This document shows positions 1-10,694 of a stretch of 13,037 nt of DNA, piece by piece. The notes below the pieces were generated by a model, which saw nothing but the letters and a program-made list of their open reading frames with translations, did not search any database and was not told the DNA's origin. Numbering within the stretch: position 1 is the first letter of the stretch; each line of letters begins with the position of its first letter. A program made the translations under genes and the position numbers. This stretch comes from Tubiluchus corallicola (Eukaryota; Animalia; Priapulida), in contig JAQGDQ010002145.1 of NCBI GenBank assembly GCA_030141605.1, positions 1-13,037 on the forward strand, read 5' to 3'.

Positions 1-205
1 ATGAAAATAGAATAGTATTTAGACTATATAATAATTTTTGACTAATTTATCTAAAAATTTTCGTAAGTACAATAAAGATAAGAAGAAAAATTCCTTGCAT
101 TTCAAAACTTTTACATTATAAAATGCTAACGGAACGTTATGATTTGAGTTACATGCTATATATTTCATATCGTGAGATATTTATCAAACCGATGTCGTTC
201 TTGCT

Positions 206-208
<3 letters not shown>

Positions 209-238
<30 letters not shown>

Positions 239-492
239 CTTTATTTAAAGTCGGCTTTTGGGTCAACAATTAACATTAGCTCAAAGAGCTATTATCACCG
301 ATTGTAAATAACAACCTACAACTACATAACAGAGACTATTATTACCCCACTTTTACCCTAAATACGACGCGTCAATCAGGGCAACAGCAGGTACCATTTT
401 TAAAGTCTTTGGTATGACCCGGCCGCTGGTTCGAACTCACGACCTCCCAGACGGAAAGCAGACGCATTACCACTAGACTAAACCGTCTGGTC
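209..492 (-). mobile_element. Mirror copy of the tRNA-derived Meta-like SINE
   Basis: Reverse complement of 10859-11142; (AAT)10 at 209-238. Confidence 0.85.
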
Positions 493-660
493 AAAATATT
501 ATTATAGTAACCATACTATTTAAAGAATACATTTTGAACATATGAAACAACATTACTTTTTTATACAATAAGTACAAAAAGATTTTTTTATTACAGAGAA
601 TTAGCCTCACTCGCCTAGTACTAAATCAAAGCAACATTAAAATCCACGTTTCATATAAAC

Positions 661-795
661 TCACGAATAATTGCTGCAAAACGCGTGAATCAACAGAGTT
701 AATATCAGCATCAGCAGCAGCAGCAGCATCCACGCGTCACGGAGTCTGTATACCTCATCCTCCCTAGTGACAACTGAGCCACGTGTTTTCATCAT
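661..795 (-). CDS. Mirror copy of the candidate signal-peptide exon
   Basis: Reverse complement of 10560-10694 (ATG at 795, TGA at 663-661). Confidence 0.4.
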   Translation of the reverse strand: MMKTRGSVVTREDEVYRLRDAWMLLLLLMLILTLLIHAFCSNYS

Positions 796-1293
796 ACAAT
801 TTTAATTCTGTGCCAGTTTTAGTGATAATAATACACGTACAGCACGCTAGGGATGCTGATGAAAAGAGAGGTTTTAACGAACACGAATATTGATGGAACC
901 TCAGAGAAATTACAAAAAGCACAAGAAAACCCTCCACTAACATAAACCTTAAAAATCATACTGAAATTTTATACCTCTTACATACTGCCTTTTTGCATAC
1001 AGGGCTTGCGTCGGCAATAAAAACATGTAAATTTAAACTCCCGCGATGACCGTCAGATGCAGGCAATTTTGACGACAGGTCGTTTGAAACAGATCTGAGT
1101 AAAGTATGAAAATAATCACAGTATTTTCGTAGAAGACACGTTACTAACTAAGTAAAATTTTAAACTACTCTACCCGGTCGATAAGATTAAAAATACGTTT
1201 TTGGTTAGTGAGTGCTGCACCCTGGAGGGTGAGTCAGCGACATTTTAGTAATTGGTGAAAACGTTTTAAATAATTAATAATTTTCTTTTCTAG

Positions 1294-1314
1294 TTACATA
1301 AGCGTTTCAAGCAG
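1294..1314 (+). other. Candidate 21-nt microexon (TTACATAAGCGTTTCAAGCAG; LHKRFKQ)
   Basis: Flanked by a strong acceptor TTTTCTTTTCTAG (ends 1293) and a strong donor CAG|GTAAGC (1315). Length is a multiple of 3. Mirror copy at 10041-10061 on the minus strand. Confidence 0.3.
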
Positions 1315-1410
1315 GTAAGCGAAATGATAAGTAATATAACTTTGCATGGAAAGTGTTAAGGGACATAATTTAACATTGCCTCCTCTTTCCCCGATTTACA
1401 TTGTGCGTAT

Positions 1411-1420
1411 ATGACGTCAT
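1411..1420. promoter_or_regulatory. Perfect CRE palindrome ATGACGTCAT (mirror 9935-9944); AP-1 site TGAGTCA nearby at 1230-1236
   Basis: Exact consensus matches to CREB/ATF and AP-1 sites; function unproven. Confidence 0.3.
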
Positions 1421-2452
1421 GTAATGGAACTGTATTGCAGGAGATTTAAAATGAAAGCAAACAAAAAATCCTTTCAAGGCGAGTAAGATATACGCATAAA
1501 ATTGATATAAAGTAATATAATTTCAGAAGATTTTTCAGAAACCTACTTCAGGTACCCCTTTTCTTGTCATTTAAACCGACAAGTATGAAGAAAAGTTAAC
1601 AAACTCGGTCATTACACCCTAATGATTACAGACATTGTTAGCATCATTACTAAAATCAGTAACTATTTCTTTGCAGAAATTATGATTTTCTAATACGCCA
1701 TCACTTCGCTTCTACTTTAGAAAAATAGGAAAATAATTACTCCACGAATTTTCAATAGCCTATTTATTTTCCTTACTTTCCAATTACCATACGTTTTTAG
1801 TACAACATATAATAAGTATCCCTAAGTTTATAGCTACGTATATAAGATGCGTTAACTCCCATTTATATACATTCTGATACAATTATTTAAACTTATAAGC
1901 CTATATCTTAAGTTTAAAGCATAGGTGTACTAATTAATTCGTACAGATATAACGAGCAACATGAGCAAAACTAAATTTTTCGTTTAATGAATTTTTTAAT
2001 TTTATATAGGCCTAATTCAGGTACACGTGTTAAAGTGTTTTTTTACTTTAAATATTCGTTGCGGTCTAGCTTAATTCAATTATTGTTTATTTTAGTTCGA
2101 TGCATGTGTGCGCCAAACGCCAAAGGTTATAAAAACCTAAATGTATAGCAAACGCAGGCTAAATTGATAGCTACATTTATAGCATAATATTTATTGGCAT
2201 ATACATTACATAGCAACATACATTATACAATAGCAGTAAAATACTGACAAATGATCATGATTAAACGACATGTACAAGACAAAGCGTTCATAAGAGACTA
2301 CTTATAAGAGAATCTTACTATACAACACGAAAACGACCTCACTTGCCTTTGAGACGAATAATGAGGACTGACTAGGCATTTTCATGACTACAATTGTTTT
2401 TAACTTAACATGAATAATACCAATGATACCAAATCAATCATGTGTCAATCAT

Positions 2453-2663
2453 TCAATCAATCAATCAATTTATTTCATTCCAGCAAAACATATGCAATAC
2501 ATTAACATACAATAATATTAAAAAAGAAACAGTATAGGAAAAAACGTTGATTTATAGCTAATTTATGTGAAAATCAATCAATCAATCAATTTATTTCACT
2601 CCAACAATACATATACAATACATTATTGAAAAAAAGAAACAGTATAGGTAAAAAAACGTTGAT
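2453..2663 (-). repeat. Mirror copy of the duplicated retroposon-like tail
   Basis: (TCAA)n TTTATTTCA...GAAACAGTATAGG..AAAACGTTGAT at 2453-2551 and 2572-2663. Confidence 0.55.
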
Positions 2664-2951
2664 GAAGTCAAATTAACCAAATAAAAGAGTTGCTGTATGA
2701 CACATTGAAAGCTTGGCTTGTTAAGGTGGCACAAATGAGTGAAAGAAAGAATGGTTAGGGTTAGTAAACATGATGGAATGGAAAAAAATAGAAAGATTAG
2801 GGATAGGAAGAAGGAAAAGAGGAGAAGAGAGAAGAAACGACCACAGTGTATGTTTAATTTACATAGAGGTATATTACAATAGCATTATAATTGATTGGAG
2901 GCCATATATTGCGATTGCATGAGACATGGAAGCATTAAAATTGGTGTGTAT

Positions 2952-4665
2952 GATGACATTGAGAAGAACAGGACGCTTTCCATGGCTTCAATGAGTTTGC
3001 ATGTAAGATGACACTGAGAAGGACAGGACGCTTTCCTGGGCTTCAATGAGTTTGCATGCAAGATGACACTGAGAAGAACAGGACGCTTTTCTGGGCTTCA
3101 ATGAGTTTGCATGCAAGATGACACTGAGAAGGACAGGACGCTTCCCTGGGCTTCAATGAGTTTGCATGCAAGGTGACACTGAGAAGAACAGGACGTTTTC
3201 ATGGGCTTCAATGAGTTTGCATGCAAGATGACACTGAGAAGAACAGGACGCTTTTCTGGGCTTCAATGAGTTTGCATGCAAGATGACACTGAGAAGGACA
3301 GGACGCTTCCCTGGGCTTTAATGAGTTTGCATGCAAGATGACACTGAGAAGAACAGGACGCTTTCCTGGGCTTCAATGAGTTTGCATGCAAGATGACACT
3401 GAGAAGAACAGGACGCTTTACCGGGGCTTAAATGAGTTTGCATGTAAGATGACACTGAGAAGAACAGGACGCTTTCCTGGGCTTCAATGAGTTTGCGTGC
3501 AAGATGACACTGAGAAGAACAGGACGCTTTCCTGGGCTTCAATGAGTTTGCATGCAAGATGACACTGAGAAGAACAGGACGCTTTCATGGGCTTCAATGA
3601 GTTTGCATGCAAGATCACACTGAGAAGAACAGGACGCTTTCCTGGGCTTCAATGAGTTTGCATGCAAGATGACACTGAGAAGAACAGGACGCTTTCCTGG
3701 GCTTCAATGAGTTTGCATGCAAGATGATACTGAGAAGAACAGGACGCTTTCCTGGGCTTCAATGAGTTTGCGTGCAAGATGTCACTGAGAAGAACAGGAC
3801 GCTTTCCTGGGCTTCAATGAGTTTGCATGCAAGATGACACTGAGAAGAACAGGACGCTTTCCTGGGCTTCAACGAGTTTGCATGCAAGATGACGCTGAGA
3901 AGAACAGGACGCTTTCCTGGGCTTCAATGACAGTGAGAAGAACAGGACGCTTTCCTGGGCTTCAATGACAGTGAGATGAACAGGACGCTTTCCTGGGCTT
4001 CAATGAGTTTGCATGCAAGATGTCACTGAGAAGAACAGGACGCTTTCCTGGGCTTCAGTGAGTTTGCACACAAGATGACACTGAGAAGAACAGGACGCTT
4101 TCCTGGGCTTCAATGAGTTTGCATGCAAGATGACACCGAGAAGAACAGGACGCTTTCCTGGGCTTCAATGAGTTTTCATGCAAGATGACACTGAGAAGAA
4201 CAGGACGCTTTCCTGGGCTTCAATGAGTTTGCATGCAAGATCACACTGAGAAGAACAGGACGCTTTCCTGGGCTTCAATGAGTTTGCATGCAAGATGACA
4301 CCGAGAAGAACAGGACGCTTTCCTGGGCTTCAATGAGTTTGCTTGTAAGATGACATTGAGAAGAACAGGACGCTTTCCTGGGCTTCAATGAGTTTGCATG
4401 CAAGGTGACACTGAGGAGAACAGGACGCTTTCCTGGGCTTCAATGAGTTTGCATGCAAGATGACCCTGAGAAGAACAGGACGCTTTCCTGGGCTTCAATG
4501 AGTTTGCATGCAAGATGACACTGAGAAGAACAGGACGCTTTCCTGGGCTTCAATGAGTTTGCATGCAAGATGACGCTGAGAAGAACAGGACGCTTTCCTG
4601 GGCTTCAACGAGTTTGCATGCAAGATGACACTGAGAAGAACAGGACGCTTCCCTGGGCTTCAATG
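2952..4665 (+). repeat. 55-bp minisatellite, ~32 units (consensus GACACTGAGAAGAACAGGACGCTTTCCTGGGCTTCAATGAGTTTGCATGCAAGAT)
   Basis: Unit starts at 2955, 3010, 3065 ... 4627. Includes one 56-bp unit (near 3420), two 38-bp units (3891-3966) and a partial last unit. Confidence 0.97.
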
Positions 4666-4893
4666 CCCTGCTGACTCCGAGGACGTAATGTCTAAAGGAA
4701 TGCTATATGCATTCACCTGCTTACGACTGTAGAACCACAAGAAAAGGCTTGTATCGATTTCGCCTGCGAAGCTTAAATATGCGAGAGTTCGAGTTCGTCT
4801 CTAATTCACACGAGACTTGAGGCTTATTCATGTCCCTGTTTTTCCCTACAAAACATTCACTGAGTTAAGCGCACAATACAACCCACGGGTGCA

Positions 4894-4987
4894 GCAGGTA
4901 TACTACTTTACGTGAATAATAATTCAAAAATTATAATGGAATATCAGATTGAAGTGAGTGAGCAGCAAAAATGAATGAATGAAGGAA

Positions 4988-5047
<60 letters not shown>

Positions 5048-5137
5048 CAGAGAGAGAGGGAGAGAGAGAAAGAGAGTGGGAGAAGAAAGAGACAGAGAGA
5101 GCACGGAGAGAAAGAGTGAGTGGGAAGAGAGAGAGCG

Positions 5138-5216
<79 letters not shown>

Positions 5217-5284
5217 ACGAACGAACAAATCATGGTTACGGCAAGTACACTAGTTTATGTGAATAATAATTCAAAAATTATAAT
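4894..5284 (+). repeat. 44-bp direct repeats (4894-4937 and 5241-5284) flanking the GA tract
   Basis: GCAGGTATACTACTTTACGTGAATAATAATTCAAAAATTATAAT vs GCAAGTACACTAGTTTATGTGAATAATAATTCAAAAATTATAAT; 40/44 identical, last 26 bp exact. Mirror at 6071-6461. Confidence 0.85.
4981..5215 (+). repeat. Compound polypurine (AG)25 - degenerate - (AG)37 microsatellite
   Basis: Pure AG runs at 4991-5040 and 5142-5215 with a purine-rich degenerate middle. Confidence 0.97.
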
Positions 5285-5454
5285 TTTTTACAATTACAAT
5301 TCACATACATAATACACACGTTGATTACAAAGATATAATTACATACACATATAATGCTATAAAATCCTATACTAAGAATACAATATTACTTAATCGATTT
5401 ATCTGACACTTACTCCTTTGATCGTTCATGTGTATACGTGTTCTTTTCTTCATT

Positions 5455-5530
5455 TATCCTTTCATTCGTATATGTGTTCATTTGTTCGTTCGCTTGTTCG
5501 TTCGTTCGTTCACCCTCAATCATTTATCCA
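5455..5530. repeat. Degenerate (TTCG/TTCA)n tetranucleotide tract (mirror ~5825-5900)
   Basis: TTCATTCG...TTCGTTCGCTTGTTCGTTCGTTCGTTCA. Confidence 0.7.
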
Positions 5531-5663
5531 TTCTCTCTTTTAGTTTAAACAATATTTTTATTTATATATTCATACAAGTCAAATTCAATAATTTAAACTA
5601 AAGACAGAACATCAAACTTTGATGAATAAACCCAATGGTACAAAATAAATGTACATAAACACA

Positions 5664-5690
5664 AGTTTGATGTGTATGCAACTATCTTAA
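5664..5690. other. 27-bp non-palindromic spacer (loop) at the palindrome centre
   Basis: AGTTTGATGTGTATGCAACTATCTTAA lies between the last paired bases, 5663 and 5691. Confidence 0.93.
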
Positions 5691-6138
5691 TGTGTTTATG
5701 TACATTTATGTTGTATCATTGGGTTTATACATCAAAGTTTGATGTTCTGTCTTTAGTTTAAATTATTGAATTTGACTTGTATGAATATATAAATAAAAAT
5801 ATTGTTTAAACTAAAAGAGAGAATGGATAAATGATTGAGGGTGAACGAACGAACGAACAAGCGAACGAACAAATGAACACATGAACGAATGAAACGATAA
5901 ATGAAGAAAAGAACGCGTATACACATGAACGATCAAAGGAGTAAGTGATCAGATAAATCGATTAAGTAATATTGTATTCTTAGTATAGGATTTTATAGCA
6001 TTATATGTGTATGTAATTATATCTTTGTAATCAACGTGTGTATTATGTATGTGAATTGTAATTGTAAAAAATTATAATTTTTGAATTATTATTCACATAA
6101 ACTAGTGTACCTGCCGTAACCATGATTTGTTCGTTCGT

Positions 6139-6139
<1 letters not shown>

Positions 6140-6217
<78 letters not shown>

Positions 6218-6307
6218 CGCTCTCTCTCTTCCCACTCACTCTTTCTCTCCGTGCTCTCTCTGTCTCTTTCTTCTCCCACTCTCTTTCTCTCTCTCCCTCT
6301 CTCTCTG

Positions 6308-6367
<60 letters not shown>

Positions 6368-6374
6368 TTCCTTC
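6140..6374 (-). repeat. Mirror (CT)n compound microsatellite
   Basis: Reverse complement of 4981-5215 with the same run lengths (mirrored ORFs have identical lengths). Confidence 0.97.
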
Positions 6375-6689
6375 ATTCATTCATTTTTGCTGCTCACTCA
6401 CTTCAATCTGATATTCCATTATAATTTTTGAATTATTATTCACGTAAAGTAGTATACCTGCTGCACCCGTGGGTTGTATTGTGCGCTTAACTCAGTGAAT
6501 GTTTTGTAGGGAAAAACAGGGACATGAATAAGCCTCAAGTCTCGTGTGAATTAGAGACGAACTCGAACTCTCGCATATTTAAGCTTCGCAGGCGAAATCG
6601 ATACAAGCCTTTTCTTGTGGTTCTACAGTCGTAAGCAGGTGAATGCATATAGCATTCCTTTAGACATTACGTCCTCGGAGTCAGCAGGG

Positions 6690-8403
6690 CATTGAAGCCC
6701 AGGGAAGCGTCCTGTTCTTCTCAGTGTCATCTTGCATGCAAACTCGTTGAAGCCCAGGAAAGCGTCCTGTTCTTCTCAGCGTCATCTTGCATGCAAACTC
6801 ATTGAAGCCCAGGAAAGCGTCCTGTTCTTCTCAGTGTCATCTTGCATGCAAACTCATTGAAGCCCAGGAAAGCGTCCTGTTCTTCTCAGGGTCATCTTGC
6901 ATGCAAACTCATTGAAGCCCAGGAAAGCGTCCTGTTCTCCTCAGTGTCACCTTGCATGCAAACTCATTGAAGCCCAGGAAAGCGTCCTGTTCTTCTCAAT
7001 GTCATCTTACAAGCAAACTCATTGAAGCCCAGGAAAGCGTCCTGTTCTTCTCGGTGTCATCTTGCATGCAAACTCATTGAAGCCCAGGAAAGCGTCCTGT
7101 TCTTCTCAGTGTGATCTTGCATGCAAACTCATTGAAGCCCAGGAAAGCGTCCTGTTCTTCTCAGTGTCATCTTGCATGAAAACTCATTGAAGCCCAGGAA
7201 AGCGTCCTGTTCTTCTCGGTGTCATCTTGCATGCAAACTCATTGAAGCCCAGGAAAGCGTCCTGTTCTTCTCAGTGTCATCTTGTGTGCAAACTCACTGA
7301 AGCCCAGGAAAGCGTCCTGTTCTTCTCAGTGACATCTTGCATGCAAACTCATTGAAGCCCAGGAAAGCGTCCTGTTCATCTCACTGTCATTGAAGCCCAG
7401 GAAAGCGTCCTGTTCTTCTCACTGTCATTGAAGCCCAGGAAAGCGTCCTGTTCTTCTCAGCGTCATCTTGCATGCAAACTCGTTGAAGCCCAGGAAAGCG
7501 TCCTGTTCTTCTCAGTGTCATCTTGCATGCAAACTCATTGAAGCCCAGGAAAGCGTCCTGTTCTTCTCAGTGACATCTTGCACGCAAACTCATTGAAGCC
7601 CAGGAAAGCGTCCTGTTCTTCTCAGTATCATCTTGCATGCAAACTCATTGAAGCCCAGGAAAGCGTCCTGTTCTTCTCAGTGTCATCTTGCATGCAAACT
7701 CATTGAAGCCCAGGAAAGCGTCCTGTTCTTCTCAGTGTGATCTTGCATGCAAACTCATTGAAGCCCATGAAAGCGTCCTGTTCTTCTCAGTGTCATCTTG
7801 CATGCAAACTCATTGAAGCCCAGGAAAGCGTCCTGTTCTTCTCAGTGTCATCTTGCACGCAAACTCATTGAAGCCCAGGAAAGCGTCCTGTTCTTCTCAG
7901 TGTCATCTTACATGCAAACTCATTTAAGCCCCGGTAAAGCGTCCTGTTCTTCTCAGTGTCATCTTGCATGCAAACTCATTGAAGCCCAGGAAAGCGTCCT
8001 GTTCTTCTCAGTGTCATCTTGCATGCAAACTCATTAAAGCCCAGGGAAGCGTCCTGTCCTTCTCAGTGTCATCTTGCATGCAAACTCATTGAAGCCCAGA
8101 AAAGCGTCCTGTTCTTCTCAGTGTCATCTTGCATGCAAACTCATTGAAGCCCATGAAATCGTCCTGTTCTTCTCAGTGTCACCTTGCATGCAAACTCATT
8201 GAAGCCCAGGGAAGCGTCCTGTCCTTCTCAGTGTCATCTTGCATGCAAACTCATTGAAGCCCAGAAAAGCGTCCTGTTCTTCTCAGTGTCATCTTGCATG
8301 CAAACTCATTGAAGCCCAGGAAAGCGTCCTGTCCTTCTCAGTGTCATCTTACATGCAAACTCATTGAAGCCATGGAAAGCGTCCTGTTCTTCTCAATGTC
8401 ATC
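6690..8403 (-). repeat. Mirror copy of the 55-bp minisatellite
   Basis: Same order of variant units in reverse complement; one substitution noticed (3196 vs 8159). Confidence 0.97.
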
Positions 8404-8691
8404 ATACACACCAATTTTAATGCTTCCATGTCTCATGCAATCGCAATATATGGCCTCCAATCAATTATAATGCTATTGTAATATACCTCTATGTAAATTA
8501 AACATACACTGTGGTCGTTTCTTCTCTCTTCTCCTCTTTTCCTTCTTCCTATCCCTAATCTTTCTATTTTTTTCCATTCCATCATGTTTACTAACCCTAA
8601 CCATTCTTTCTTTCACTCATTTGTGCCACCTTAACAAGCCAAGCTTTCAATGTGTCATACAGCAACTCTTTTATTTGGTTAATTTGACTTC

Positions 8692-8902
8692 ATCAACGTT
8701 TTTTTACCTATACTGTTTCTTTTTTTCAATAATGTATTGTATATGTATTGTTGGAGTGAAATAAATTGATTGATTGATTGATTTTCACATAAATTAGCTA
8801 TAAATCAACGTTTTTTCCTATACTGTTTCTTTTTTAATATTATTGTATGTTAATGTATTGCATATGTTTTGCTGGAATGAAATAAATTGATTGATTGATT
8901 GA
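8692..8902 (+). repeat. Two diverged tandem copies (~92-99 bp) of a retroposon-like 3' end: AATAAA followed by (TTGA)n
   Basis: ATCAACGTTTTTT..CCTATACTGTTTCTTTTTT...GAAATAAATTGATTGATTGATTGA occurs at 8692-8783 and 8804-8902. AATAAA plus a short-repeat tail is typical of L2/CR1-clade LINE ends; the family assignment is inferred. Confidence 0.55.
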
Positions 8903-10559
8903 ATGATTGACACATGATTGATTTGGTATCATTGGTATTATTCATGTTAAGTTAAAAACAATTGTAGTCATGAAAATGCCTAGTCAGTCCTCATTATTCG
9001 TCTCAAAGGCAAGTGAGGTCGTTTTCGTGTTGTATAGTAAGATTCTCTTATAAGTAGTCTCTTATGAACGCTTTGTCTTGTACATGTCGTTTAATCATGA
9101 TCATTTGTCAGTATTTTACTGCTATTGTATAATGTATGTTGCTATGTAATGTATATGCCAATAAATATTATGCTATAAATGTAGCTATCAATTTAGCCTG
9201 CGTTTGCTATACATTTAGGTTTTTATAACCTTTGGCGTTTGGCGCACACATGCATCGAACTAAAATAAACAATAATTGAATTAAGCTAGACCGCAACGAA
9301 TATTTAAAGTAAAAAAACACTTTAACACGTGTACCTGAATTAGGCCTATATAAAATTAAAAAATTCATTAAACGAAAAATTTAGTTTTGCTCATGTTGCT
9401 CGTTATATCTGTACGAATTAATTAGTACACCTATGCTTTAAACTTAAGATATAGGCTTATAAGTTTAAATAATTGTATCAGAATGTATATAAATGGGAGT
9501 TAACGCATCTTATATACGTAGCTATAAACTTAGGGATACTTATTATATGTTGTACTAAAAACGTATGGTAATTGGAAAGTAAGGAAAATAAATAGGCTAT
9601 TGAAAATTCGTGGAGTAATTATTTTCCTATTTTTCTAAAGTAGAAGCGAAGTGATGGCGTATTAGAAAATCATAATTTCTGCAAAGAAATAGTTACTGAT
9701 TTTAGTAATGATGCTAACAATGTCTGTAATCATTAGGGTGTAATGACCGAGTTTGTTAACTTTTCTTCATACTTGTCGGTTTAAATGACAAGAAAAGGGG
9801 TACCTGAAGTAGGTTTCTGAAAAATCTTCTGAAATTATATTACTTTATATCAATTTTATGCGTATATCTTACTCGCCTTGAAAGGATTTTTTGTTTGCTT
9901 TCATTTTAAATCTCCTGCAATACAGTTCCATTACATGACGTCATATACGCACAATGTAAATCGGGGAAAGAGGAGGCAATGTTAAATTATGTCCCTTAAC
10001 ACTTTCCATGCAAAGTTATATTACTTATCATTTCGCTTACCTGCTTGAAACGCTTATGTAACTAGAAAAGAAAATTATTAATTATTTAAAACGTTTTCAC
10101 CAATTACTAAAATGTCGCTGACTCACCCTCCAGGGTGCAGCACTCACTTACTAAAAACGTATTTTTAATCTTATCGACCGGGTAGAGTAGTTTAAAATTT
10201 TACTTAGTTAGTAACGTGTCTTCTACGAAAATACTGTGATTATTTTCATACTTTACTCAGATCTGTTTCAAACGACCTGTCGTCAAAATTGCCTGCATCT
10301 GACGGTCATCGCGGGAGTTTAAATTTACATGTTTTTATTGCCGACGCAAGCCCTGTATGCAAAAAGGCAGTATGTAAGAGGTATAAAATTTCAGTATGAT
10401 TTTTAAGGTTTATGTTAGTGGAGGGTTTTCTTGTGCTTTTTGTAATTTCTCTGAGGTTCCATCAATATTCGTGTTCGTTAAAACCTCTCTTTTCATCAGC
10501 ATCCCTAGCGTGCTGTACGTGTATTATTATCACTAAAACTGGCACAGAATTAAAATTGT

Positions 10560-10694
10560 ATGATGAAAACACGTGGCTCAGTTGTCACTAGGGAGGATGA
10601 GGTATACAGACTCCGTGACGCGTGGATGCTGCTGCTGCTGCTGATGCTGATATTAACTCTGTTGATTCACGCGTTTTGCAGCAATTATTCGTGA
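10560..10694 (+). CDS. Candidate first coding exon or small ORF with hydrophobic signal-peptide/TM-like segment (MMKTRGSVVTREDEVYRLRDAWMLLLLLMLILTLLIHAFCSNYS)
   Basis: In-frame TAA at 10551 upstream of ATG 10560. The 44 codons contain a 14-15 residue hydrophobic core, partly (CTG)5. A consensus donor GTGAGT lies at 10691 and a possible acceptor CTCTCTTTTCATCAG ends at 10499. No homology recognised. Confidence 0.4.
   Translation: MMKTRGSVVTREDEVYRLRDAWMLLLLLMLILTLLIHAFCSNYS

Larger units (their letters stand above)
1..5663. repeat. Left arm of giant inverted repeat (palindrome); truncated by window start
   Basis: Bases 1-25 (ATGAAAATAGAATAGTATTTAGACT) are the reverse complement of 11341-11365. 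Mirrored ORF pairs share coordinate sum 11355 (3318/8037, 4931/6424, 5233/6122). The arm ends ...GTACATAAACACA at 5663, pairing with TGTGTTTATGTAC from 5691. Confidence 0.98.

Noticed and set aside
2753-2764. Telomeric repeat GGTTAGGGTTAG
   Set aside because: Only about two units; expected by chance.
3318-3557. 79-aa ORF (and mirror 7798-8037)
   Set aside because: Chance read-through of the minisatellite, whose 55-bp period is not a multiple of 3.
2952-4665. CRISPR array
   Set aside because: Units are contiguous near-identical 55-mers with no unique spacers, there are no cas genes, and the context is eukaryotic.
5664-5690. Retained sequencing hairpin adapter as cause of the palindrome
   Set aside because: The spacer does not resemble the PacBio SMRTbell adapter and the flanks carry mismatches; other artefact routes remain possible.
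4931-6424. Poly-ER / poly-SL ORFs
   Set aside because: Translations of (GA)n/(CT)n microsatellites, open in several frames on both strands.
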